Shown here: piece by piece, positions 45,147 through 55,700 of the stretch
Numbering within the stretch: position 1 is the stretch's first letter
Layout of the letters: every line of letters starts with the position of its first letter
Virus record (IMG/VR): IMGVR_UViG_3300025392_000002
Strand: one strand, 5' to 3'
Source: a virus
Taxonomy: Duplodnaviria; Caudoviricetes
Length of the DNA stretch: 64,000 nucleotides
Made by a program: the position numbers and the translations under genes
Notes under the pieces: generated by a model
Seen by the model: only the letters and a program-made list of their open reading frames with translations
Database searches by the model: none
Told to the model about the DNA's origin: nothing

Positions 45147-46898
45147 ATGGGACGTCCATTAAATAAAAAATATTTCGGTAAGAGAAATACAGGTGCCGCA
45201 GGCACATTTGGTAATACAAACTTATTACCAACAGACTATGACCTAGGTGGTCTTAAAACAAGCGGTGTTACCGTTGGTACAGCAGGTTCTTATACACCTA
45301 CACAAGCTAACACATTAACTGTAACATTTCCAAAACCAGCACTAGCTTCCGAAGGCGGTGTAACAGCAGTTGGTACTCCTTCATTCACTTATGTAAGTGG
45401 TGGTTCATTAAGTGGTACACAAACTCAAGCCTATTTAGGTGGCGCTGGTAACCCAGTAACAGCTACAGTTGGTACTAACGTAGTTACATTTACTCCAACA
45501 CTAACAGCAAGCACAACTGGTATTTCAGTTACTAGTGTTAGCTCATCTGGTGTTGCAGTAGTAGCAAGTGGTACATACGTAAAAGGCCAAGACTTTGTAT
45601 TATCAGGTGCTTCAGCTGGTAACGGAACATATTATGTTCAAACTGGTGGTACATCAGTAACAAGCATTACAATCACAACAAGTTATGCATTGGCTATTGG
45701 ATCAACAACTCCAGTAGTAACAGCATCAACTGGTGGTACAGCAGTACTAGGCGCAACTTATAATACAATCGCTAGTATTGCTCTAGCAAGTGGTGGTACA
45801 TTTACAGCCGCACAAACTACAGCATGGAACGCCGCAAGTGCTCCATCATTAGTACAAGCAACAAGTTCAGGCCTAGGCGCAACATTGACAGTTTCAAGTT
45901 CAGCATTTGGTGTTGGCGCAGTTGCATTAACTACTCCTGGTAACGGTTATATCAATGCTGTTTCAGTTACTCCAAGTATCACAAGTTCAACATTGACAAC
46001 AATTACAACATATACATCAACTGGTTTAAGTGCAACTACAGTTGGTGGTGTATTTGCAATGACACCAGCACAATCAGCTGGTACATTCTATGTTGGGCAA
46101 GTTGTTACATTAACCGGTACAGCAGGCGGCGCGGGTTCAATTGGTAGTTATTCAACTGGTAACAGTTACCTTGTTAAAGCAACTGATGGTATCAGTACAC
46201 TTACTTTAACTAACATTGATGGTTCAGCAATAACAACAGTAGTTGGTGCAATCAGCGGTTTATCAATCGTTCTTTACAAAGAAACAGTTACATCAACAGA
46301 CCAATTAGTTCCAGGGTTGAAAGTAGTTACAACTGGTACAGGCGGTAGTTTAACAGCCGGTACATATTATATCATTGCAGTTAACGGCTCAACTGAAATT
46401 GTTCTAAGTAGCTCAGCAGGTGGTAATGCAGTAGCAGTTACAACAGCAACTTCAACAGCAACTTGCGTATTCAGTGGTAACATTGCCGCAACGTTTAGTT
46501 CAGGTGCCGCTACTGCTAACTTGACATTTGCCGCACAAGTAACAACTGGTTATACTGGTAACTATGCCGCTATCCAGGCACAGTCATTAGCTACAACTGG
46601 TGGTGTTGTTCGTCAAGATACAGACATTATCAAACAAGAAAACACACAACGTTTCCGTGTTGAAAGTGCTGATGGTGTATTCTATGCTAAGTTAGTTAAT
46701 GCTTTTCCAACAGTCGGTGGAACAATAGCTATCAATGCTACTGATTCTGCTGGTGGTACATACTGGGTAACTAAGATCACTAATCGTCGTTGCCGTGTAA
46801 CTCGTAACACAGGTACACAGTTTACAGACGGATCACAAGTTAACTGGACATTTGGCTCAGCAGTAGCTAACGTTTCAGTTAAGATCGATAACGCTTAA
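45147..46898 (+). CDS. Abundant virion structural protein (head decoration/fibre-like)
   Basis: 583 aa, Thr/Gly/Ala-rich, codon bias like gp23; MGRPLNKKYFG N-terminus. Confidence 0.65.
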   Translation: MGRPLNKKYFGKRNTGAAGTFGNTNLLPTDYDLGGLKTSGVTVGTAGSYTPTQANTLTVTFPKPALASEGGVTAVGTPSFTYVSGGSLSGTQTQAYLGGAGNPVTATVGTNVVTFTPTLTASTTGISVTSVSSSGVAVVASGTYVKGQDFVLSGASAGNGTYYVQTGGTSVTSITITTSYALAIGSTTPVVTASTGGTAVLGATYNTIASIALASGGTFTAAQTTAWNAASAPSLVQATSSGLGATLTVSSSAFGVGAVALTTPGNGYINAVSVTPSITSSTLTTITTYTSTGLSATTVGGVFAMTPAQSAGTFYVGQVVTLTGTAGGAGSIGSYSTGNSYLVKATDGISTLTLTNIDGSAITTVVGAISGLSIVLYKETVTSTDQLVPGLKVVTTGTGGSLTAGTYYIIAVNGSTEIVLSSSAGGNAVAVTTATSTATCVFSGNIAATFSSGAATANLTFAAQVTTGYTGNYAAIQAQSLATTGGVVRQDTDIIKQENTQRFRVESADGVFYAKLVNAFPTVGGTIAINATDSAGGTYWVTKITNRRCRVTRNTGTQFTDGSQVNWTFGSAVANVSVKIDNA

Positions 46899-46907
46899 TA
46901 AACTAAT

Positions 46908-46926
46908 AGGGCCCTTCGGGGCCCTT
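46908..46926 (+). terminator. UUCG hairpin, probably a leaky terminator
   Basis: AGGGCCC-TTCG-GGGCCCT with a short U tail. Confidence 0.7.
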
Positions 46927-46939
46927 ACAGGATTCTAGA

Positions 46940-47926
46940 ATGTCAAGAATATTAAAAGTCAGTAACGGCGACTACAGATTACAAGTTGTATCCGGTGGAA
47001 ATATCATATTTGATCCGGGTTCAACAGGTACGGTTACAGTTACAGGCAATCTTGATGTTAAGGGTATAACAACCCAAATTGAAAGTATCAATACCACAAT
47101 TCAAGACAACATCATACAATTAAACCAAGGCCAGCAAGGCAATGGTATTAGTAGTGCTAATAATTATGTTGCAGGTATTGAAGTAGAACGCGGTAATTAC
47201 AGTGCCGCACAATTAATTTTTAATGAACAAGTAAGTCATTACGACAGTCAAAGTTCAACTACTGTTACAGGTACCTGGAGTTTAAAAACAGCCGACGGTA
47301 AGCTGAGTGGCATGCAGTTGAGAACTATTACAACAGATGGACTTGCTGATTTGATATTTGACATGCAAGGTCAAAATCCAGTTATACGTGTTGCTAATAG
47401 TACAAATTATTATCTACGTTGTACAGATGTAAATGATATTCCAAACGTAGATTATGTACAGCATTTTGTAGCCAGTAACTATAATGGTTCAGGGCAGGGT
47501 TATGCGATTGTAAGTAGTCTCCAGTATCCAATTACTGGATCAGTTGCCGCTGCCAATGCTAGTATTCAAGCTAGTGCAACAAATATTATATTTCAAATAG
47601 CACAAAACACTATTGCTACAGTTAGTAGCACAGGTGTACAACTAGGTAACATTCAAGTAGGCGGTACAAGTACTCCTAATACAATCAGTAATACTACACT
47701 GAATCCATTAATTTTAACTAGTAATAACGGAGTAGTCGAAGTTAATGCAGTTATGACACTAGATGATCAAAGTGCTCCAACATACACATCTGGCAAGTCA
47801 AAAGTGTATTCAAGCGCCACAGCAGGCCCAGGACGTACTGGAATATATTTTACAAATAATACAAGTCAAACGCCAGATGAACTGATAAGTAGAAATAGAG
47901 CGGTGCTGTTAAGCATCTTATTATAA
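46940..47926 (+). CDS. Virion structural protein
   Basis: VTGNLDVKG..T.I.S.NTTIQDNIIQLN and AGIEVERG fibre-type motifs. Confidence 0.7.
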   Translation: MSRILKVSNGDYRLQVVSGGNIIFDPGSTGTVTVTGNLDVKGITTQIESINTTIQDNIIQLNQGQQGNGISSANNYVAGIEVERGNYSAAQLIFNEQVSHYDSQSSTTVTGTWSLKTADGKLSGMQLRTITTDGLADLIFDMQGQNPVIRVANSTNYYLRCTDVNDIPNVDYVQHFVASNYNGSGQGYAIVSSLQYPITGSVAAANASIQASATNIIFQIAQNTIATVSSTGVQLGNIQVGGTSTPNTISNTTLNPLILTSNNGVVEVNAVMTLDDQSAPTYTSGKSKVYSSATAGPGRTGIYFTNNTSQTPDELISRNRAVLLSILL

Positions 47927-47935
47927 GGAATAAAC

Positions 47936-48262
47936 ATGGCGATTTCATCAACATTAGTAGCAAATACAAACACAACAATCTATACTAGCACAGTTAGCGG
48001 TAGTCAGATTGGCAATGCAATCACTTGTTTAATGTTTTGCAATTATACTCCTAGTACAACTGCTACAGTTACAGTTTATGTTGTTCCTAATGGCGGGTCC
48101 GCAACTAATACTACCATGATAGTTAATGCATTGAGTATTCCGGGCGGAGAAACTGTAAGTTTAGATCAAGAAAAATTAGTGTTAGGTAGCGGAGATTTTA
48201 TTGTAGCCGTTGCTAGTGTAAACACAGTAATAACATCAACAATTAGCACATTGCCAGTATAA
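47936..48262 (+). CDS. Small virion protein (paralogue of 52065-52397)
   Basis: 108-aa beta protein; IPGGET...EKLVLGSGD. Confidence 0.7.
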   Translation: MAISSTLVANTNTTIYTSTVSGSQIGNAITCLMFCNYTPSTTATVTVYVVPNGGSATNTTMIVNALSIPGGETVSLDQEKLVLGSGDFIVAVASVNTVITSTISTLPV

Positions 48263-49293
48263 TGAGATATTTAAAACGTCAAAATGTCAATAGAAGAATA
48301 GCTAACGATACCACGTTATATTCTGATGCGGCTGGTCAAAACGTATATGTTCAGCCTAATTTAGCTGGTAGTGTAAGTGTTCCTGTTGGAACAAATGCAC
48401 AACGCCCAGGTACTCCTTCAAATGGAATGATGCGTTTCAATACAGACGGTGTTACTAACGGACAGATGGAAGTTTATTCCGCAGGACGTTGGAGAGCATT
48501 GAAGTATGTTGAGCAAGGCACAATTACACAACAGAATTTAGGAGCTGGAGACGGAGCTAATACTTATTTTGGTCCTTTAAACAGCACTTGGTACAATCCG
48601 GCTAACAATGCCAATAACACAACAGTTGGCGCACAAAATATTTTAGTAATTGTTGAAAACGTAATTCAAGTTAGTGCAATCAACTATACAGTAGTACAGA
48701 ATCCAACACTTCCAACAGAAGTTTATGCGCCAAAATTAAGTTTGGCAGCAGGTGTCGGAGCAACGACATTATATTTTAATAGCAGTTTGTTTATTACAGG
48801 TGCAAGCGGCAACGGTGCTACAGCAACCATAACATTTGCTACCCAACCACAAGTTCCATTTGCAACCGGTGCAAGTATTGTAATTACTGGGGTAAATGCA
48901 ACAGGTACTGGTTCCTATAACGGTAACTTTACAGTAACTGGTAGTACTGTTAGTAGTGTAAGTTTTGCCAGTGCAACTACAGCAACTTATCAAAATGGCG
49001 GCGAAGTTGATGCAGTTGGAGCAGTATACCCAACAGTAAACTTAACTGGTTCAACTATAACTGGTACAAACTTGCCAGGCGGCACAACTATTGTTAGTTA
49101 TGTGACAGATCCAAATACAGATGCACTACTCAGCGTAGTTATTAGCAATGCAATTACTACTAGTACAGTTGCAGTTAATACTGCATATACTATTACAAAA
49201 ACTGGTGGAGCAGGATCTGGCTACTATTTGAATTTTAGTACACCAGTGCCATACGGAAAGGTTGTCATAGCACTACTCGGCTTTGACAGTTAA
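48262..49293 (+). CDS. Virion structural/fibre protein
   Basis: VPVGTNAQRP...GMMRFNT...MEVY motif; VIVENVIQ repeat type. Confidence 0.7.
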   Translation: MRYLKRQNVNRRIANDTTLYSDAAGQNVYVQPNLAGSVSVPVGTNAQRPGTPSNGMMRFNTDGVTNGQMEVYSAGRWRALKYVEQGTITQQNLGAGDGANTYFGPLNSTWYNPANNANNTTVGAQNILVIVENVIQVSAINYTVVQNPTLPTEVYAPKLSLAAGVGATTLYFNSSLFITGASGNGATATITFATQPQVPFATGASIVITGVNATGTGSYNGNFTVTGSTVSSVSFASATTATYQNGGEVDAVGAVYPTVNLTGSTITGTNLPGGTTIVSYVTDPNTDALLSVVISNAITTSTVAVNTAYTITKTGGAGSGYYLNFSTPVPYGKVVIALLGFDS

Positions 49294-49307
49294 GCTAGGA
49301 GCTGACC

Positions 49308-50441
49308 ATGGGGCGAGAACTTGGTAGAATAAGCGGCCCGTTACTAGCAGATAATTTACTACGTAACGGTTCAAATCTTGCCTTTGACACACAAGTATTA
49401 TACTTAGACGTTGTTAACGGTCGAGTTGGATTTAATACTCTAGCACCAACGGTTGAACTTACAGTTCCAAACCAAGCTAATACTACAAATTTAGTTGTTG
49501 ACACACAAGCTAATTTTGGCGATTTTACTGTCACTACTAATAATATTCAGCATGTAACCGGTGGCATAACAATCCAGCCTAATCAAGCAAGTAATCCTAC
49601 AGTAGTGACTCCAGGATTGAGTACTGCTAATTTATACTTTAGCGGAAATACATTATTAGATACTGTTACTAACGATAATATAAACATTAATCCTAGTGGA
49701 ACAGGACAAATTAAACTAAACAATAATGTATTAGTTACAGGTGGACTACATGCTACTGGAAATGTTACATTTGATGGTAACATTCAATTAGGTAATGAAA
49801 CTACAGATAGGATTACATTTGTTGCAGAAGTTACTAGTAACATTTTACCTGCTCCTGCAACCACAGCTTCCAAACTTTTAACTCAAAGTGGCCCTTTGTT
49901 CATTGGTATAGATGACGAATTCTTATTGTTAAACAAACAGTATTTGTATAATTTAGGTAGTCCTAGCCTACAATGGAATACACTGTATGCTAAGAGTCTT
50001 ATCAGTCCGGGAGCAAATGCTGTTACGATTACTACTTCATCAACTACTGCTGGTGGTATAACTTTTGGTTCAAACACTATCAACACAACTAGTACTGATA
50101 TTATTCTTAGCACTAGTGGAACAGGACAAGTTAAACTAAATGGAGTTCCTTGGATAAATGGTAGTAATATACAAAACACTACTAATGGCGGAGTAAATTT
50201 AGCTGGCACCAATAACGGTTATATAAAATTTACAGGTACAAGCGGTCTAGTACTTCCTGTAGGTAATTCAAATAATAGACCTAAAAGTCCTCAACAAGGT
50301 GCTATGCGATATAATACTGATTTAGGATATGCTGAAGTCTACAACGGAGCCGGTTGGTCTACAGTTGGTGGGTCCGGAGCAGTCTTAACACAAAGCCAAG
50401 TTAATGATACACTGTGGGCCTGGGACTTAATTCTAGGGTAA
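49308..50441 (+). CDS. Fibre-like virion protein
   Basis: GRISGPLLxDNLLRNG N-terminus and LVLPVG..RP..GAMRYNTD C-terminus; paralogue of the next gene. Confidence 0.7.
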   Translation: MGRELGRISGPLLADNLLRNGSNLAFDTQVLYLDVVNGRVGFNTLAPTVELTVPNQANTTNLVVDTQANFGDFTVTTNNIQHVTGGITIQPNQASNPTVVTPGLSTANLYFSGNTLLDTVTNDNININPSGTGQIKLNNNVLVTGGLHATGNVTFDGNIQLGNETTDRITFVAEVTSNILPAPATTASKLLTQSGPLFIGIDDEFLLLNKQYLYNLGSPSLQWNTLYAKSLISPGANAVTITTSSTTAGGITFGSNTINTTSTDIILSTSGTGQVKLNGVPWINGSNIQNTTNGGVNLAGTNNGYIKFTGTSGLVLPVGNSNNRPKSPQQGAMRYNTDLGYAEVYNGAGWSTVGGSGAVLTQSQVNDTLWAWDLILG

Positions 50442-50465
50442 TCAACCCGTAAAAAACAAAACAGC

Positions 50466-50585
50466 TAAATACTATGATTAGAAAAAATGACCAATTTTTT
50501 CTATGATTAAACAGTGGTAAACCCGCTAAGAGCGTCCAGCTGAAAAAGTGGTTAACCGTGAAACACGGGGTAAACGGGAGCTCTG
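50466..50585 (+). promoter_or_regulatory. Late promoter plus structured 5' leader
   Basis: TAAATA 50466-50471, several hairpins and repeated GGT(A/T)AAC before the ATG at 50586. Confidence 0.6.
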
Positions 50586-52061
50586 ATGGCTGTTGGTCGA
50601 ATTTCGGGTCCGCTCTTAAAAGATAATTTGCTTCGTAACGGGGTAAATTTAGCTTTTGAGACAAACCTACTTTTCTTGGATGTTGTAAACAGCCGCGTTG
50701 GCATTAAAACAGCATCGCCCGCTTACGACTTAGATGTAAATGGAACAACACGTTCTACAAATTTAACAGTAACTACACAAACCAATCTAGCAACATTTAC
50801 CTTTAATGGTAATACTTTAAGTAGTAGTAGTAACACAATTAATTTAACACCAAACGGTGTAAACCCTACTGTTTTTTCAGCAAATATCAATGTAGGTAGT
50901 CTAACTCTTAACAGTAATACAATTCAAGCCACTGGAACAAATACCGATGTAAATGTTACTGCTAGTGGTACAGGATCAATTAATTTAAATTCAAATACAT
51001 TAGTTACTGGGAACTTACACGCTACTGGAAATATTACAGCTGATGGTAATATCCAATTAGGAGCCGCAACTAATGATACTATTAGTTTCACAGGCGAAGT
51101 TAGTAGTAATATTTTACCAGCAGTTACTAACACATATAATTTAGGTAGCTCAAGTTTACAATGGAATAATGTTTATGCACAAAATGCTTCTATCGGCAAT
51201 TTAAGTGTAACTAATTTTTCAACTCCATCGCTGACTACTGCTAATCTTACAATTAGTAATAGTACTATTACGGCAACTCCAGCAAATACCGATATTAATT
51301 TTATCACTAGCGGTACTGGCGGAGTAAGTTTAGGTAATTTTAAATTCTATCAAAATACTATTACTAATACAGTATCAAATGCTGTTAGCCAGTTTTCTCC
51401 AACAACATTTACATTTGTTGGCGGAATTTCATCAGGTACAGCTATAACGCTTGTAGGCGCAAGTATTAGCGGAACAACACTAACATTTACTTCAGTTTCA
51501 GGTGGTACCGTTGCTGTAGGACAAATATTAAGCGGTGGATCAGTTACAGCAAACACTTATATTGTCAGTGGTTCAGGCTTAACTTGGACTGTAAATATTA
51601 GTCAAAATACAACTTGTACAACTAGTACTCCTGTGATACTTACAGTATCATCTACTACTGGTATATTAACACCGGGTGTGTATATTACATCAGGTGCGAC
51701 TACAAATACATTAATTACTGCAACTACTAACGAAAACGTTTCTCTTACCGGTAATGGCGGAGTAGGAACTTATTTGGTAAGCATTAGTCAAACAGTTAGT
51801 ACAAATACTACAATGTCTGCACTAGGAGCAGGTTATTTTAAAATTGCCGGTACATACGGATTTGTTATTCCTGTAGGATCAAATGCTCAACGTCCTGCAT
51901 TACAATATGAAGAAGTTGGTATGGTACGATTTAATACCGATTTACAATTAGTTGAAATATACAATGGATCAATATGGGGAAGCGTAGCAGGTAGTAGTGT
52001 AGGTGTAACAAGTTCAACTGCACAAGATATCGGTGTACAAACTGCACTGACTTTAGGATAA
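50586..52061 (+). CDS. Fibre-like virion protein
   Basis: MAVGRISGPLLKDNLLRNG; C-terminal FVIPVGSNAQRP..GMVRFNTD. Confidence 0.72.
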   Translation: MAVGRISGPLLKDNLLRNGVNLAFETNLLFLDVVNSRVGIKTASPAYDLDVNGTTRSTNLTVTTQTNLATFTFNGNTLSSSSNTINLTPNGVNPTVFSANINVGSLTLNSNTIQATGTNTDVNVTASGTGSINLNSNTLVTGNLHATGNITADGNIQLGAATNDTISFTGEVSSNILPAVTNTYNLGSSSLQWNNVYAQNASIGNLSVTNFSTPSLTTANLTISNSTITATPANTDINFITSGTGGVSLGNFKFYQNTITNTVSNAVSQFSPTTFTFVGGISSGTAITLVGASISGTTLTFTSVSGGTVAVGQILSGGSVTANTYIVSGSGLTWTVNISQNTTCTTSTPVILTVSSTTGILTPGVYITSGATTNTLITATTNENVSLTGNGGVGTYLVSISQTVSTNTTMSALGAGYFKIAGTYGFVIPVGSNAQRPALQYEEVGMVRFNTDLQLVEIYNGSIWGSVAGSSVGVTSSTAQDIGVQTALTLG

Positions 52062-52064
52062 TAA

Positions 52065-52397
52065 ATGACTACACTATTTAAAAATAAATTAGCAAGCGGA
52101 GTAGGCACTACCCCAACTACAATATTAACCAGTAGCGGAAGTGCTACTACTACAGTTGTTGGCCTTAGTATGACTAATACCACAGGAACTATATTGTTAG
52201 CTAGTGTTCAAATAAATGATACATTAGCCAGTACATCTGCATATTTTGTGCAAAACGTAGTAATACCTCCTAACACCACCGCCAGGATAATCAATGGCGG
52301 AGAACGATTAGTTTTAGGAGCAAGCAATACATTGATAATTACTTCAAATACTGCTAGCAGTCTAGACGTTGTATTAAGTTACGTTGAGATTAGTTAA
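52065..52397 (+). CDS. Small virion protein
   Basis: 110 aa; IPPNTT..INGGERLVLGASN; paralogue of 47936-48262. Confidence 0.7.
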   Translation: MTTLFKNKLASGVGTTPTTILTSSGSATTTVVGLSMTNTTGTILLASVQINDTLASTSAYFVQNVVIPPNTTARIINGGERLVLGASNTLIITSNTASSLDVVLSYVEIS

Positions 52398-52406
52398 GGA
52401 TAGATT

Positions 52407-52787
52407 ATGACATATTATGTTGGTAATGAATATAGTTTAAACGATTTATTGGGAGAAGGTAATCCTAGATATTTTTACGGATTACGTCGCCAAGATGATG
52501 GCACTTTGTTATTCAACAAAGTAGATCAGTTAAGTTCTACAGCAAGTATAAACATTAATGTTCCAGGGCCTAACAGCGGTAACTTTGAAAACTTTGAATA
52601 TGGCGTAGATTTTTTTGATGGAAGATTAGCAACCGATCATAGCAGACCTTACCCTAACTTATACTTTGATCAATATCGTTGGGATAGTAAAAATTGTTAT
52701 TATTATATTGATTCGCAAGGACAACTAGTTGTTCGTGTTAATCAGGCGTATACATACTCTGCCGCTCAAATCGTTAGTGCAAATTAA
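52407..52787 (+). CDS. Hypothetical virion protein
   Basis: 126 aa with AAGGA SD inside the structural operon. Confidence 0.7.
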   Translation: MTYYVGNEYSLNDLLGEGNPRYFYGLRRQDDGTLLFNKVDQLSSTASININVPGPNSGNFENFEYGVDFFDGRLATDHSRPYPNLYFDQYRWDSKNCYYYIDSQGQLVVRVNQAYTYSAAQIVSAN

Positions 52788-52799
52788 TAGGATATAAAA

Positions 52800-55700
52800 A
52801 TGGCATCAGAATTTAAAATTGGAAGATTAAGATTTACATGGAAAGGTGTGTGGACACCAAATACTGTTTACGCTCGAGATGACGTAGTTAGCTACCAAGG
52901 TAAAACATACGCATGTGTTCTTCCAAATACCTCAAGTTCAACAAATTTTTATAATGACTTGTATTATGTAACTCAAACAGGTGCAAGCACACCTTATTGG
53001 AGTTTAATTGTTGACGGAAAAACATTTGTTAGTTCGAATAATGGACAGTGGCAAACTGGCCAGGCATATAGCTTAGGTAATATTATTATCTTTGGCGGTG
53101 TGGTGTATTATTGTAGTACAGCTCATACTAGTACAGCATTTGCATCTGATATCGCAAACTGGACTGAGTATACAGAATTCAATGCTTGGAGATCGGTAGG
53201 TTGGGTTCCAAATTATGCGTATGGTAAAAACGATGTTGTAAAATACGGTGGTATAGTTTATAAGTGTATCGCTAATCATACTAGTGCCGCTACAGCCGCA
53301 TTAGGTTTAGAAGCCAATCAAAGTGCGTGGACCATTGTCGATAGCGGAATAGAATACAAAGGAACTTGGACTACAAGTACTAGATATAAAACAAATGATA
53401 TTGTAAAGTATGGCCCAGATATTTGGATTTCAAATAGCGGCCACACAAGTTCTATATCTGTAGGACTTAGCACAGTCTCAATTACTAATACAACAGGTCA
53501 GTTTTCTTATTCAGGTCCTGCATTAACAGTAGGACAATCTATTACAGTTACAGGGCAATTATCGGCAACTGCATCCGGATCAATTTCTTTATATAGCGGA
53601 AGCACAGCAATATATTATGTTAGCGCAACTAACGGATCGAATACATTTGTTTTGTCAGATACATACGCACATGCTCTTGCTGGAACAAATCAATTAACAA
53701 CCGTTGCTGGAACAACAACTGGTTTAATTTTTAGTATAAGCGGTTTTGATCAAGGTAAATGGTCAATTTGGATGCCAGGTTTAGAATATCTTGGAGCATG
53801 GAATGCCGCTACAACTTATCAAACTGGCGATACTACAATGTATGGTGGTTATACATACATAAGTAAAACTGCAAACAACATTGGTAACACTCCATCTGTA
53901 GATTCAACAGACTGGGCAGTTGAAACACAAGGATTTAATTTTAGGGGTGAATGGGGCCAGACAACTCCTTACAAAGTTGGTGATGTTATACGTCGCCACG
54001 GTATGTTGTTTGATGCTATTGCTGATAACCTTGGACAAGACCCAAACTCATACAGCGTAACAAAAACTTATTCTTCAACAGGTAGCTCTGGTACTATATT
54101 AAAACTTAATTCTGTAACAGGTATAACGGTTGGTATGAATATTATTGGTGCTGGTTTTACAGCCGGCCAAACTGTAATTGCTATCGATACAACTGCAATC
54201 ACTGTTACAATAAGTAGTGTCAATGATACTCCTTTAGTTGATGCACAGCTTCTTTATTTTGTAGGTATTAATTATATCTATTGGAAGGCAGTTATTCCTG
54301 GAAGATTATGGACTAAGTCATGGGTTACTGCAACAACATATACAATTGGTGACCTAGTAGTTTGGCAAAATGGTACTTATGTTTGTGTACAAACACACTT
54401 GTCAGGATATTCAACTAGTCGACCAGATCTCGACACTACAAATACATACTGGATTTTTTACATCCCACATGCTAGAAAAAATGCTATGAATACTGTAGGG
54501 GATCTTGAATACTATTCAAGCACTACTAGTTCATACACTGCATTACCTATTGGAACAAATCAGTATACATTAAAAGCAGTTTCTACAACAGGTGCTAACG
54601 GAGTTATAACAACATCTCCTAGTTGGAATAAAATTAATCAAGTAGGTGCTGTTTATTATGTTTCAACAAAAACTGGTATAGATCGTCCAGACTATGGTAC
54701 AACTTGGGATCAACCTTGGAAATCTATTGCCTATGCTTGTAACTATATTGGTCAAGGTACATTATATCAAGGAGCAGTTGCTAATCTTGTAGCAAACAAA
54801 ACTTGGATGACTACTGAAATGTACTACTGGATGGTTTATCAAAAATCAATCAGTGCAAATGGGTTCACTTCAAGCTCTGTATTTGATCAGACAAAGACTA
54901 TAAGGGATGCTGGTTATATTATTGATGCACTTGTATATGATATGGCACGAGGCGGAAATAGTCAAATTGTTGCGGCAACTCTAGCTTATTTTGCATTTGG
55001 TAGCACTAACACAATTATCAATAGTACAGTATTAGCCGAGTTACCTTATTTTATTGCCGCATTAAATCAACTAGCATCGCTTATACAAAATGTATTAACC
55101 AATACTGTTCCTGCGCTAACTGTCGGATCCAACAATTATACAGGATCGATTTATCAAACATTAAATTCAATTGTTCCAGTTGTGTATCAAAGTTTTGGAA
55201 CTACAGATTCTACTTCGCCTGCCTATGCGGCATCGTTGTTGACTATTGTTACAACAGCATTGACTAATCAAAATACTTCGTCAGTACCGACACCAAATAC
55301 TGGTACTACTGCAAGTATTTTTATTAAAACTGGAAGTTATTATGAAACACTGCCAATTACAGTTCCAGAAAACACATCTATAATTGGTGACGAGCTACGT
55401 AGTGTAACAGTAGCACCTGCAATAAGTTTAACTTTACAATGTACTGCCGCAACCGGATCAAGTAATTTATTCACAGTAAATTCTACAAATCAGTTTACAG
55501 ATCAAATGGCTTTACAATTTGCCAACCCATCTACTCCAGCAGTTATTGGAACTAATCCTTACTATGGGTTTGGTGGTATTACTCCCGGAACAACTTATTA
55601 TGTAATAGGATCTAGTATTTCATCGACTCAGTTTAAAGTTACAGCATCTACTGGTACATATTATGGAGTTAGCGGAACAAATATTGCATCTTCTGGAATA

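Noticed and set aside
50510-50580. c-di-GMP-I riboswitch
   Set aside because: GGUAAACC and a GAAA-containing hairpin look similar, but the GGGACGCAAAGC segment and the P3 receptor are absent.
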